Shown piece after piece: positions 1 through 9,293 of a DNA stretch of 64,000 bases; position 1 is the first letter of the stretch; the number at the start of each line of letters is the position of its first letter. Below the pieces are notes generated by a model that was not told the DNA's origin, ran no database searches, and saw only the letters and a program-made list of their open reading frames with translations. The position numbers and the translations under genes were made by a program. The stretch lies in assembly GCA_965208125.1 (NCBI GenBank), contig OZ242320.1, positions 3,136,001-3,200,000 on the forward strand, read 5' to 3'. Source of the DNA: Candidatus Latescibacterota bacterium. Its GTDB lineage: Bacteria > Latescibacterota > UBA2968.

Positions 1-886
1 GCAAGATGGGCAACAGGTGTTTTTTGTAGTGGTCGATTGTATGCGATTGGATCACTGGCTTGCCATTTTGCCGTTGTTGTCCGATATTTTCGATATTGAG
101 CAACACTACCATTACTCTATTTTGCCCACTGCGACGCCGTATTCTCGCAATGCCATTTTTAGCGGCCTTTTTCCCATTGACCTCGCGGTTTTGTATCCAG
201 ATGAGTGGCAGGTGGCGCGTGACGACGACATGAGTCGCAACCGACACGAACACCAATTGCTCGATCAACAACTCGCAGAAATTGATCCGAAATTGGATTT
301 GGATACGCGCTACATCAAAATATTGGATATTGCAGAGGGCAACCGGCTGGCGAAGAAGGTGCATTCGTACCGGTCTTTTCCGCTTATGGCAGTTGTGGTC
401 AATTTTCTGGATATGCTCACGCATGGTCGTTCCGAATCCGAATTGTTGCAAGAAATGGCGCCCAATGAGCCTGCTTATCGGTCTTTGACGCGGTCCTGGT
501 TCTCGCATTCTTCTCTTTTTGAGATGTTGCGCAAGCTGTCCGAGACCGACTCGACAGTGGTGCTGACGACAGATCACGGCTGTATGCTGAGTGCGCGGGC
601 TTCTCTGGCTTATGGCAATCGGGATACTTCGACGGGGATTCGTTTCAAATACGGCAAGAATTTGCGATGCGATAACCGCCATGCGATGCATATTCGGGAT
701 CCCGAGGCTTTTGGTTTGCCGAGTGTGGGGCAAGGGACCAATTACATTATTTGCAGGGAAGATTACTTTTTTGTATATCCCACCAATTTCAATGAGTATC
801 AGGCCAAATACGCGAATAGTTTTCAACACGGGGGGATTTCTCTCGAAGAGTGTATTTTGCCGGTTGCCATTATGCGCGGGAAATGA
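1..886 (+). CDS. PglZ/alkaline-phosphatase-superfamily domain of a PorX-like response regulator (5'-truncated by window)
   Basis: VVDCMRLD, SILPTATPYSRNAIFSG, TTDHG and FQHGGIS metal-binding motifs of the PglZ domain; directly upstream of tsaE, as in Bacteroidota porX-tsaE. Confidence 0.85.
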   Translation, partial: QDGQQVFFVVVDCMRLDHWLAILPLLSDIFDIEQHYHYSILPTATPYSRNAIFSGLFPIDLAVLYPDEWQVARDDDMSRNRHEHQLLDQQLAEIDPKLDLDTRYIKILDIAEGNRLAKKVHSYRSFPLMAVVVNFLDMLTHGRSESELLQEMAPNEPAYRSLTRSWFSHSSLFEMLRKLSETDSTVVLTTDHGCMLSARASLAYGNRDTSTGIRFKYGKNLRCDNRHAMHIRDPEAFGLPSVGQGTNYIICREDYFFVYPTNFNEYQAKYANSFQHGGISLEECILPVAIMRGK

Positions 887-895
887 TTGGGCATT

Positions 896-1369
896 ATGTC
901 GGATAGAACGATTACACAGGTGTCTTCGTCACCAGATCAAACACATGGGTTTGGACGCGATCTCGCGGCTCGGCTCGAGCCGGGCGATTGCGTTGCTCTT
1001 ACAGGAGATTTGGGTAGTGGTAAAACCTGTTTTGTACAGGGTGTTTGCGCGGGCTTGAATGTGACCGATTATGTGACGAGTCCAACTTTTGTAATCGTCA
1101 ATGAATACGCAGGGGTTTCGCCCGATGGAAAGCCGATGCCGGTGTACCATTTTGATCTTTATCGGTTGGGCAGTCCCGATGAACTCTATGAGATTGGGTG
1201 TGATGATTTGTTTTACGGCGAGGGTGTGTGTTTGATTGAGTGGGCAGATTTGGGGGGCGATCTGATTCCCGACCATGCAATTGATGTGCATTTTGCCCAT
1301 GCGGGAGAGATGATTCGGAATCTGACGATCTCGAGCAGGACGAGGTTGTACACCGCTTCAGAGGGGTGA
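896..1369 (+). CDS. tsaE: tRNA threonylcarbamoyladenosine biosynthesis ATPase TsaE
   Basis: GDLGSGKT Walker A, VTSPTF, YHFDLYRL and LIEW motifs. Confidence 0.95.
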   Translation: MSDRTITQVSSSPDQTHGFGRDLAARLEPGDCVALTGDLGSGKTCFVQGVCAGLNVTDYVTSPTFVIVNEYAGVSPDGKPMPVYHFDLYRLGSPDELYEIGCDDLFYGEGVCLIEWADLGGDLIPDHAIDVHFAHAGEMIRNLTISSRTRLYTASEG

Positions 1370-1439
1370 CGTGTTAAAAAAAAGATATAATTGCAGATCT
1401 ATTTGGGTTCGATCAGGACGAGGTTGTACACTACTTGCC

Positions 1440-2171
1440 ATGTGTGTTTACATTATGGCAGTTGCACCGGTTTGGGCACAGCAAGACTTACAGCCGCGGC
1501 AATTGGTTGAAGCCCCCACGGCGGGTTTGTTGCCCGGTCGCAGTTTGGGGTTGGATCTTCGGTTTTATGGCAGCGATGGCATTTTGGGCGGTGTATCGGT
1601 CGGCCTGTTCAGCCGGGGTATGGTTGGGGTGTCTTTTGGCGGTAGTGATCTTTTGGGCAATGAGGAGATAAAATTAAACCCGCGGATTGAGTTTTCAGGC
1701 CGCGTGCGGGTGATTGAAGAGGGATATACAATCCCGGCTCTGGCAGTGGGTTATACATCGCAGGGATACGGGATGTACGATGATGAGTTGAAGCGCTATA
1801 CCCGCAAGTCCAAGGGTGTTTATGTCGTTGCCAGCAAAAATTTCAAGTTGCCTTTGGGGCATACGGGTTTCCACGTTGGCGCGAACCGAAGTTTTGAAGA
1901 CGGCGATGGGGATAAGGATTTTACGGGTTATGTCGGGGTAGATACAGGGCTTGGAAAATATGTGGTGGTGCTGGCGGAATACGATTTTGGATTGAATGAT
2001 AATTCGGACAATAGCCTGGGTTCTGGAAAGGGATTTTTAAATGCCGGTATCAGATGGACGCTGTCTGAGACATTTGCTCTGGAATTTGATTTGAAGAATA
2101 TTTTTCGCAATGGTATGCAAAATCCACATCCCGATCGGGAGCTTCGCATTGCGTATTTTGGAAAGTTTTGA
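1440..2171 (+). CDS. Outer-membrane beta-barrel protein, YjbH-like (start uncertain, 1371-1455)
   Basis: Signal peptide (…APVWA/QQ), PTAGLLP motif, alternating beta-strands, C-terminal Phe. Confidence 0.6.
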   Translation: MCVYIMAVAPVWAQQDLQPRQLVEAPTAGLLPGRSLGLDLRFYGSDGILGGVSVGLFSRGMVGVSFGGSDLLGNEEIKLNPRIEFSGRVRVIEEGYTIPALAVGYTSQGYGMYDDELKRYTRKSKGVYVVASKNFKLPLGHTGFHVGANRSFEDGDGDKDFTGYVGVDTGLGKYVVVLAEYDFGLNDNSDNSLGSGKGFLNAGIRWTLSETFALEFDLKNIFRNGMQNPHPDRELRIAYFGKF

Positions 2172-2189
2172 TTTTTTCAAGGAGTAGGT

Positions 2190-3188
2190 ATGAAGCGCCT
2201 GATCGTTGTCTTAATCGCCTTTTTGTTTTTGCTTCCACTTCAAGCTGAGGAAGAAATGTCTCGTCGGCCCGTTGCTACTTATTCTATTGTCGCCCGCGAT
2301 TCGACCACGGGACAACTCGGTGTGGCCGTGCAGTCGCACTGGTTCTCTGTTGGTCCCATTGTGCCCTGGGTTGAACCCGGCGTGGGGGCTGTGGCTACGC
2401 AATCTCTGGTCGATCCGGCTTATGGACCGCTCGGTCTGGATCTGATGCGGATGGGGCGGACTGCTCCCGAGGCGCTCAAAGCACTCGTTTCAACGGATGA
2501 GGGTGCCGAAGTACGCCAGGTTGCAATGGTTGACGCCAATGGCAATGTTGCCGCTCATACGGGCGAGCGCGCTATTTATGCCGCCGGGCATCAAACCGGT
2601 GCGCAGTATTCCGTGCAGGCCAATCTTATGGAGAAACCCACGGTTTGGGCGGCTATGAGCAGAGCCTATGAATCTTCCAGGGGCGACCTTGCCGAGCGTA
2701 TGCTCGCAGCCCTTGAAGCGGCAGAAGCCGAAGGCGGCGATATTCGCGGCAGGCAATCGGCGGCTATTCTCATTGTGGGTCCCGAAAATACAAACAGGCC
2801 CTGGGCAGATCGCTTGTTTGATCTCCGCGTTGAAGACCACCCCAATCCCGTTGTTGAGTTGCGCCGGCTCGTCACCTTGCAACGCGCCTATCTCAAGCTC
2901 AATGAGGGCGATGAATGGCTTGGTAAGGGCGATATCGAAAAGGCACTTGCCGCCTATCGCACGGCTACTGAGATCGTGCCCGATAAAGCCACCAATGGCG
3001 AGGCAGCCTTTTGGGTTGGCGTTACTCTCGCCGAGGAGGGCAAGCCCGATCAGGCGATTCCTTTTCTCGCCCGGGCATACAAACAGGATAAACGCTGGGC
3101 TGAACTTCTTCCCCGCCTTCCCGCTTCCGAACTCCTGCCCGACGACCCCGATCTCATCAACCGTCTGGTGCAGGGTATGAAAGAGTGA
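2190..3188 (+). CDS. DUF1028 (Ntn-hydrolase-like) protein with C-terminal TPR, secreted
   Basis: Signal peptide; TYSIVARD…LGVAVQSHW, GAVATQS, GGDIRGRQSAA, DLRVEDH motifs; TPR-like helices at C-terminus. Confidence 0.88.
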   Translation: MKRLIVVLIAFLFLLPLQAEEEMSRRPVATYSIVARDSTTGQLGVAVQSHWFSVGPIVPWVEPGVGAVATQSLVDPAYGPLGLDLMRMGRTAPEALKALVSTDEGAEVRQVAMVDANGNVAAHTGERAIYAAGHQTGAQYSVQANLMEKPTVWAAMSRAYESSRGDLAERMLAALEAAEAEGGDIRGRQSAAILIVGPENTNRPWADRLFDLRVEDHPNPVVELRRLVTLQRAYLKLNEGDEWLGKGDIEKALAAYRTATEIVPDKATNGEAAFWVGVTLAEEGKPDQAIPFLARAYKQDKRWAELLPRLPASELLPDDPDLINRLVQGMKE

Positions 3189-3191
3189 ATT

Positions 3192-3650
3192 TTACCATCC
3201 CTCTCTCATCCACTCAAACATTTTGTAGTGGTTGCCATCCATTCCCATTGCGTTATAAGTTTTTTGCGCCCGTTCATTTTCCCGCTCGACGTAGAGCCTG
3301 AGTCCGCGCAGGTCGGCAGATTGTTCGACTCTGGTTTTTAAGTTTTCATACATCATCCGAAAAATACCACGCCGCCGTGCGCTGGGGATCACATAGACCG
3401 AATGGATCCACAATACTGTTCCGTTGCGCCAGTCACTCCATTCGGGGACGGTGAGCAAGCAGCCTGCAACTTCGCCGTCTAACTCGGCAATCCAATACGC
3501 CCCTTTGTGCGGGTCGTCAAAGACGGCCTGTACGCCTTTTTCAACGGTTGGCCGATCCAGTGAAAGATTTTCTGCTTCTTTTGCCATTCGGATCTGAAAA
3601 TCTACGATATTGGGCGCATCCTCTCGTCGCCCCCGACGAATCTCGATCAT
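3192..3650 (-). CDS. GNAT family N-acetyltransferase
   Basis: EWSDWRNG…WIHSVYV…RRRGIF, LRLYV…NERA motifs; ATGA overlap with upstream gene. Confidence 0.9.
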   Translation of the reverse strand: MIEIRRGRREDAPNIVDFQIRMAKEAENLSLDRPTVEKGVQAVFDDPHKGAYWIAELDGEVAGCLLTVPEWSDWRNGTVLWIHSVYVIPSARRRGIFRMMYENLKTRVEQSADLRGLRLYVERENERAQKTYNAMGMDGNHYKMFEWMREGW

Positions 3651-4384
3651 AATCCCTTCTTCCATTTGCGATATAGCTCGAATGTTTCTTCATCTGGCGG
3701 ATAGTATTTGCCCGGGGAGAGATTTTCCGTGTCCAGGCGTCTTCTGATCCATTCTTCGAGGTCGTCGTATTCTATCGCTTTTTGAGCTATTTCTGGCGCG
3801 ACTTTGCGCGGGATGACGACTACGCCGTCGTCGTCGGCTACGATGTAGTCTCCCGGTCTGACGAGGACGCCATCGACCTGTACCCAGTCATTGGTCGAAT
3901 ATGGCGTTCCAACGCGGGTGCCGAGGTTTGATGTTTTGCCATATCCCCACAACATGATGCCGTAGTCTTTGACGGTGTGCATGTCGCGGATGCCGCCATC
4001 GCAGATCAGTCCATCTACTTCCCGCTGTTTTAAGCGGAGAAATTTGATGTCTCCGCCAATGGACATCAACTTGGTGCGCATGGATTCCATGACGATGACG
4101 TCGCCCGGACCAGCGAGTTCAAAAGCGGCGTATTCAGGGGATTCTTCGCCGCCCGGTTTTTCTTCGTCGGCATCGGGGCGCGAGGGTACAAAGCGCACGG
4201 TGACTGCTCTGGCGACCAATCGCTTCCCGGGATTCATGGTTTGCAGATTGGGCATGTAGGTGTATCGCGCGTCGTAGCCATTGCGCGCGAGTACATCGAC
4301 TACAGCGGTTGTGTTTACGCGCTTGAGTGCTTCTCGCGTTGCTTTGTCCAATACGTGATCGGGGGTGGGTTGTACAATTGCCAT
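3647..4384 (-). CDS. RraA/HMG-CHA aldolase family protein
   Basis: GDVIVM…GGDI…DGGIRD, VRPGDYIVADDDGVVVIP. Confidence 0.85.
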   Translation of the reverse strand: MAIVQPTPDHVLDKATREALKRVNTTAVVDVLARNGYDARYTYMPNLQTMNPGKRLVARAVTVRFVPSRPDADEEKPGGEESPEYAAFELAGPGDVIVMESMRTKLMSIGGDIKFLRLKQREVDGLICDGGIRDMHTVKDYGIMLWGYGKTSNLGTRVGTPYSTNDWVQVDGVLVRPGDYIVADDDGVVVIPRKVAPEIAQKAIEYDDLEEWIRRRLDTENLSPGKYYPPDEETFELYRKWKKGL

Positions 4385-4398
4385 ATATGCTCCTGTTT

Positions 4399-5379
4399 TT
4401 ATTTACTCTCGTTTTCGATTGCCTGGATCAATGCGATGATGTACCCAAATTGGAATGCCCATGCCTGGGTTACGCGGCTGGAGACGCCTTCGGGGGCTGT
4501 GTCGTCGGGATGGCGGGGGGCGTGGTCGGGCATGAGCATGTAGGGATAGCCTGCCTGGTGTAGAGCTTTTACGATTTCGTACATGTTGACGTCGCCTTCA
4601 TCTGGCCAGGTTTCGCAAAAGTCGTGCAGGCCTCCGCGTATGTTTCTGAAGTGTACGTTGAAGATTTTTTTTCTTTCTGCGAAATATTTGACGATGGGCG
4701 GAAGTTCTTCGGCCGGGTTTTCCAGTCCTTCGGCGGCCACGCCGCAGCAGAAATTGAATCCGTGATAGGGGCTGTCAACCAGTTCGCTGAATCGCTTCAG
4801 GCCTTCAAATACGGGATAATTCCACTTTTCTATGCCGTTTAACACAGGTGCCGGTGGGTCGTTGAGGTGACACGCCATCTGTATTTTGTATTCTTCTGCT
4901 ACGGGCATTATGCGTTCGAGAAAGTACGCCGCCCGTTCAAAGGCTTCTTCTCGGCTTACGCGACCTATTTCGGTGAGGGTGTCGTTGTCGTATTCAGAGA
5001 GGACAAAGGAGCTGTACGTTGTCCCGCCGCGGCCCGGCCTGCGCCCGGTGCGCTGTACAAGGCCGCCCGAGGGTGCGCGCAAGACGCAGAAGTTGTAGTT
5101 CAGACCGCGCAGTCCGGCTTTGTGCGCGTTTTCGATGTATTGACAGAACAGGTCGATGTCTCTGTCGCGCTGCGGGTCTTTTGCCATGGGGATGCTGTCC
5201 ATTGGGGGAACGTGAATCATTTCGAGTTCGACCCCATAAGCGGCTGCTTCTTCTCTGTGCCGCGCGAGGGTGTCGGCATCCATGCCATCGACTGTGGCGT
5301 CAAAATGGGTGACGCCATGGCGCGATAGAAATTCCATTTCTATTTTTGATGTGCCGAAGTATTGTGTGCCTACGTACAT
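4399..5379 (-). CDS. Mannonate dehydratase (UxuA)-like TIM-barrel enzyme
   Basis: LNYNF, MACHLNDPP, GFNFCCG, VHFRNI, MPDHAP, AFQFGYI motifs. Confidence 0.85.
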   Translation of the reverse strand: MYVGTQYFGTSKIEMEFLSRHGVTHFDATVDGMDADTLARHREEAAAYGVELEMIHVPPMDSIPMAKDPQRDRDIDLFCQYIENAHKAGLRGLNYNFCVLRAPSGGLVQRTGRRPGRGGTTYSSFVLSEYDNDTLTEIGRVSREEAFERAAYFLERIMPVAEEYKIQMACHLNDPPAPVLNGIEKWNYPVFEGLKRFSELVDSPYHGFNFCCGVAAEGLENPAEELPPIVKYFAERKKIFNVHFRNIRGGLHDFCETWPDEGDVNMYEIVKALHQAGYPYMLMPDHAPRHPDDTAPEGVSSRVTQAWAFQFGYIIALIQAIENESK

Positions 5380-5392
5380 GACAGGTGTCCTT

Positions 5393-6508
5393 TCAAAGAA
5401 TTTGGGATAGAGCTTCGTCGAGTTTTTGAACGGTGCGGTCGATGTTTTGGAGTTTGTCCAGGCCGAATAGGCCCAGGCGAAAGGTCTGAAAGTCTTCTGG
5501 TTCGTCGCATTGCAAGGGTACGCCAGCGGCGATTTGAAGGCCCGCGTCCATGAATTTTTTGCCCGTTTGTATGTCGGGGTCTTCTGTGTAGCTGACTACT
5601 ACTCCCGGTGCCTGGAAACCTTCTGCTGCCACGCTTTTTATGTCTTTGCTGTTCAGGAGTGCCCGCACTTTGTCGCCGAGTTCTCGCTGTTGCGCGCAAA
5701 TTTTATCAAAGCCGTAATTTTCGGTTTCTTTCATTGCGTTGCGAAAGACTGTGAGGGCGTCCGTGGGCAGGGTTGCGTGATATGCATGGCCGCCACCTTC
5801 ATAAGCTTCCATAATTTGGAGCCATTTGTGCAGGTCGCAGGCAAAACTGGTGCTGGTTGTGGATTCAATTTGTTCCAGTGCAGGAGAACTGAGCATGACC
5901 AGGCCGCAACACGCAGCGGCACTCCAGCCTTTTTGCGGGGCGCTGATCAGGATATCGACACCGCAGGCTTTCATATCGACCCAGATTGTTCCCGAGGCGA
6001 TGCAGTCCAATACCAAGAGGCCGCCAACAGCGTGTATGGCATCTGATACGGAACGGATGTAGTCGTCGGGGAGTATGATCCCGGATGCGGTTTCGACGTG
6101 TGGCGCGAAGACAAAGTCCGGTTTTTCCGACGCGATTGTCTCTGTGACCTCTTCAATAGGTGGCGGTGCAAAAGGGGCGTGTTTGTCTTCGCCTGTGCGC
6201 CGCGCTTTGAGGACAATGGATTGGGATGGTATATCGCCCATTTCGAAAATTTGGGTCCAGCGATAGCTAAACCATCCATTGCGAATGATCAGGCATTTTT
6301 TGTCTGTGGCAAATTGTCGCGCTACGGCTTCCATGCCAAATGTGCCACTGCCGGGTACGACGATGACCGCGCTGGCGCGATACACTTTTTTGAGTGTGGT
6401 GGAGATATCTCGCATGACGCTCTGGAAGGATTGCGACATGTGGTTGAGTGCGCGGTCTGTATAGACGACGGAGTATTCCAGGAGTTTATCGGGGAGTAAA
6501 TCTGACAT
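5393..6508 (-). CDS. Class V PLP aminotransferase (alanine-glyoxylate/serine-pyruvate-like)
   Basis: GSGTFGMEA, PHVETASG, LVLDCIASG, SAPQKG (PLP lysine). Confidence 0.9.
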   Translation of the reverse strand: MSDLLPDKLLEYSVVYTDRALNHMSQSFQSVMRDISTTLKKVYRASAVIVVPGSGTFGMEAVARQFATDKKCLIIRNGWFSYRWTQIFEMGDIPSQSIVLKARRTGEDKHAPFAPPPIEEVTETIASEKPDFVFAPHVETASGIILPDDYIRSVSDAIHAVGGLLVLDCIASGTIWVDMKACGVDILISAPQKGWSAAACCGLVMLSSPALEQIESTTSTSFACDLHKWLQIMEAYEGGGHAYHATLPTDALTVFRNAMKETENYGFDKICAQQRELGDKVRALLNSKDIKSVAAEGFQAPGVVVSYTEDPDIQTGKKFMDAGLQIAAGVPLQCDEPEDFQTFRLGLFGLDKLQNIDRTVQKLDEALSQIL

Positions 6509-6539
6509 TATTGGCCTCTCGGTGGATAGATGGTTTGAT

Positions 6540-7508
6540 CTATGGTTCCACTTCTGCTATGGCTATGCCGCTTTCTCCTGCGACGGCATATAATAAATAG
6601 ATGTGGCCATTTTCTTCAAAGATTGTCGGGTCGCGCAACTGGTTGACGTGTCCATAAGCCACGCTTCGGATAGAGGGTTCCAGAGGTGCGTCCGCGCCTT
6701 CCCATGGATGTTCTGGACGCAAGATTTCTACGCTTTCTGTTTCACACCAGTTTTGCCAGTCAACCGATATGTCAATGGTGCTCAGCAATATGCTTTCGGG
6801 TACGTCCCCTACCTGTGTCCAGAATATATACAGGGTATTTTCGCGCTTTAACAGAGCTGCGTGGCGCATGTTTTTGTTGAATAGCAATGGGCCTTCTTCA
6901 AAGTGCGAGAGTCCGTTGGCTGACCGATAAAATTGGCCCGGCATTGCCATGCCATAGACATAACCCGCGTGTCGAAAGATTCTGAGATAGCTTTTGGCGA
7001 AGGTTTCTGGGCGCGCTGTGAAGTTGATTCCATCGGGGGATGTGGCGACGCGGCTGATTTGATGTGCGAGTTTTTCGAGGCCGTGATAGTACATGACAAT
7101 GGTTTGATCGGCGTGGTTGACGTGTACATCTGGCGATGCGATATGCGGTGTGGTGGCTTCTGTCATCAGGTCGTGGGATAATTTTTGAGGGCCTTTTTCC
7201 GCGTGCCAGCGTGCTTTGATTTGTGTTATGTCTTTTTTTGATGCTGTGAGTGTCTGTGTGGGAAAGTGCGATTCGGCGAGTTGCAGGGTCCCCCGTGGAT
7301 GTATTTTCCAGGGTCCGCGCAGGTTATCTGCGTATGCGAGGCGGATGTAGCTTCCTTTGTGGTCGGCAAAGTACAGGTAATACGATCCGAGTGGTTCGGG
7401 TACCCAGTCGGGTACCCGGATTAGCGAGGGTCCCTGGATGTTGTGTCCGATACTCGGGTGCAAATCCGGGGTGATGATGGGGGCATTGAGTAGCCGCGTG
7501 ACGCGCAT
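6540..7508 (-). CDS. Putative five-bladed beta-propeller glycoside hydrolase-like protein
   Basis: YYLYFADH…IRLAYAD, HIASPDV, LRDPTIF…YLLYAVAGESGIAIA. Confidence 0.6.
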   Translation of the reverse strand: MRVTRLLNAPIITPDLHPSIGHNIQGPSLIRVPDWVPEPLGSYYLYFADHKGSYIRLAYADNLRGPWKIHPRGTLQLAESHFPTQTLTASKKDITQIKARWHAEKGPQKLSHDLMTEATTPHIASPDVHVNHADQTIVMYYHGLEKLAHQISRVATSPDGINFTARPETFAKSYLRIFRHAGYVYGMAMPGQFYRSANGLSHFEEGPLLFNKNMRHAALLKRENTLYIFWTQVGDVPESILLSTIDISVDWQNWCETESVEILRPEHPWEGADAPLEPSIRSVAYGHVNQLRDPTIFEENGHIYLLYAVAGESGIAIAEVEP

Positions 7509-7519
7509 GTTATTTTCCT

Positions 7520-8527
7520 TTATACCAGTCCTGGTGTGAAGAGTACCATATCGTCTTCAAAATTTCTCAATGGCGCAATGCCGAGTTTTTTGAGTGCGTT
7601 GTGATAGATTTTGACCCCTTCTTCCGGGCTGATAAGGCCATCTGCGATGTCGCGCAGGACTTCGACAAATGCTCTGGGATTTTCGGCGCCTTTGATGCGG
7701 CGGCCAAAGAGGGCGACGCGCGCGCCGTGTTTTTTGGCTTCGGATATGAGTTTGAATGAATCGTAAGTGGTGCTCGTTGGTCCGCCGAGGATGCCGACGA
7801 CGACTGTGGAATCGTAGTTGACGAGGGCTTCCATGGCTTCTGGGCCATTGTAGGCTATTTTCAAAAATTCGGGACGCGATGCCCGGGGTATGCCGGCGAG
7901 CATCCGGGCGATCTGGTCATTTACGTATTTGGGGATGTCTTCTGCGCTCAGCCCGCAGTCTGCTACATTGGGGTTAAAGACTTCGAGGAAGTATCGAAAT
8001 CCTTTGCGTGTGGCTTCTGTTCTGAATGTTTTAAACTGCATCAGTGAGAGCCAGTCTGTATCCAGGTTGTTGTTGAATGTGATGGAGTACAGGCCGAGGT
8101 CGATATCTGGTTTTTGGTCGGGTTGGGGCAATAGCGTGCCGTATTGCGCTTCTTCAATTGTGGGTGAGGCAAAGGGGCGAGATGGGAGGGAGGTGTATTC
8201 TGCGCCTGTTGCATCCCACAGGTCGGTTGTGTCATTGGCGCGCACGGCAGGTGTTACGGGCGATGTGTCAAAGAGCCGTTTCTCATGTGCCAGGACATCC
8301 ATAGTGGAGACAGAGGTCAGTAAAACGTCGATTTTTGCTTGTTCAGTGATATCCACAAGGTCATCGTAATAGGCTTGTATAGTTGGTGTGGCATCTGTGA
8401 GTGTTGCAAGCCCTTTTGACATGTCGGGATCAGCGGCATACGCGATGATAAAGGCATCGCTGTTGGGATTGTTGCGTATGTCGGCGAGTTTTGTGTCTAA
8501 TGATTTTTTCATCTGTGTCCTTTTCAT
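7520..8527 (-). CDS. Conserved hypothetical class I aldolase-like TIM-barrel protein
   Basis: FLEVFNPN, FLKIAY (candidate Schiff-base Lys), GILGG, ARVALFGRRI. Confidence 0.55.
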   Translation of the reverse strand: MKRTQMKKSLDTKLADIRNNPNSDAFIIAYAADPDMSKGLATLTDATPTIQAYYDDLVDITEQAKIDVLLTSVSTMDVLAHEKRLFDTSPVTPAVRANDTTDLWDATGAEYTSLPSRPFASPTIEEAQYGTLLPQPDQKPDIDLGLYSITFNNNLDTDWLSLMQFKTFRTEATRKGFRYFLEVFNPNVADCGLSAEDIPKYVNDQIARMLAGIPRASRPEFLKIAYNGPEAMEALVNYDSTVVVGILGGPTSTTYDSFKLISEAKKHGARVALFGRRIKGAENPRAFVEVLRDIADGLISPEEGVKIYHNALKKLGIAPLRNFEDDMVLFTPGLV

Positions 8528-9174
8528 GTTTTGTGAATTAAGATCACATCGGCTCCGATGAATTCTATTTCTGTTTTATAGGTGTTTCCCAACCATTCAA
8601 ATGTCGTTTTTGAAAAAAAACAGATGTGTGTTGGGTCCCTTTTGTAATGCCAGTTTTTAAATGCGGATTTGTCGATTACGAGTTTGGTCATGATGCCGAG
8701 TATGCCGCCCTGTTTTACAAGACGATAAAGTTTTTGCAATTCACGTTGGGGATTTCTCAGGTGTTCTACGACTTCTGTTGCGGTTACAAAGTCGTATTCG
8801 CGCTGTAAGACTTCGGGGTTATGGGCGTAAAATTTGTCGTATATATCGACGGTATATCCGCACGCTTGAAGCATGAGGGATAATGTCGGTCCGGGACCGC
8901 ATCCAAAATCCAGGCCGTGCGCGCGTTTGGGAAGGCGCACTTTCAGGGGGTTGCAAATTCGCGATAAAAATGCCCTGTATTTTGGGTCTGCGGGGTCGTT
9001 TTTGTGCAGGTCGTAGCGTTGTTTTTCCTCTTGTTCCGATAGGTGAAACGTTTTGGGCACAAAGACGAGGGAGCAATCCATACAAATCAGATATTCTCTG
9101 AATGCGTCGCGGAGATAGTGGGCTGTGTTCTGGCTTTTGCAAAGCGGGCAGATGTCCGCTGGAGAGTTGTGCAT
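8524..9174 (-). CDS. Class I SAM-dependent methyltransferase with N-terminal zinc ribbon
   Basis: CPLC…CMDC; LDFGCGPG; TEVVEHL; YKRDPTH. Confidence 0.88.
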   Translation of the reverse strand: MHNSPADICPLCKSQNTAHYLRDAFREYLICMDCSLVFVPKTFHLSEQEEKQRYDLHKNDPADPKYRAFLSRICNPLKVRLPKRAHGLDFGCGPGPTLSLMLQACGYTVDIYDKFYAHNPEVLQREYDFVTATEVVEHLRNPQRELQKLYRLVKQGGILGIMTKLVIDKSAFKNWHYKRDPTHICFFSKTTFEWLGNTYKTEIEFIGADVILIHKT

Positions 9175-9293
9175 GGTGTAGATTAAATGATGTGGCGTCT
9201 CAAAATCCCGTTGTATTATTCGTGCAATCAGAATATCTTTGGCTCCGACCCTGAACAAGTTAACAATTTATCGTTTTTTTACCAATATACAAA

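Noticed and set aside
1-886. BREX system (PglZ)
   Set aside because: PorX-type PglZ domain next to tsaE; no brxC, pglX or brxL in the window
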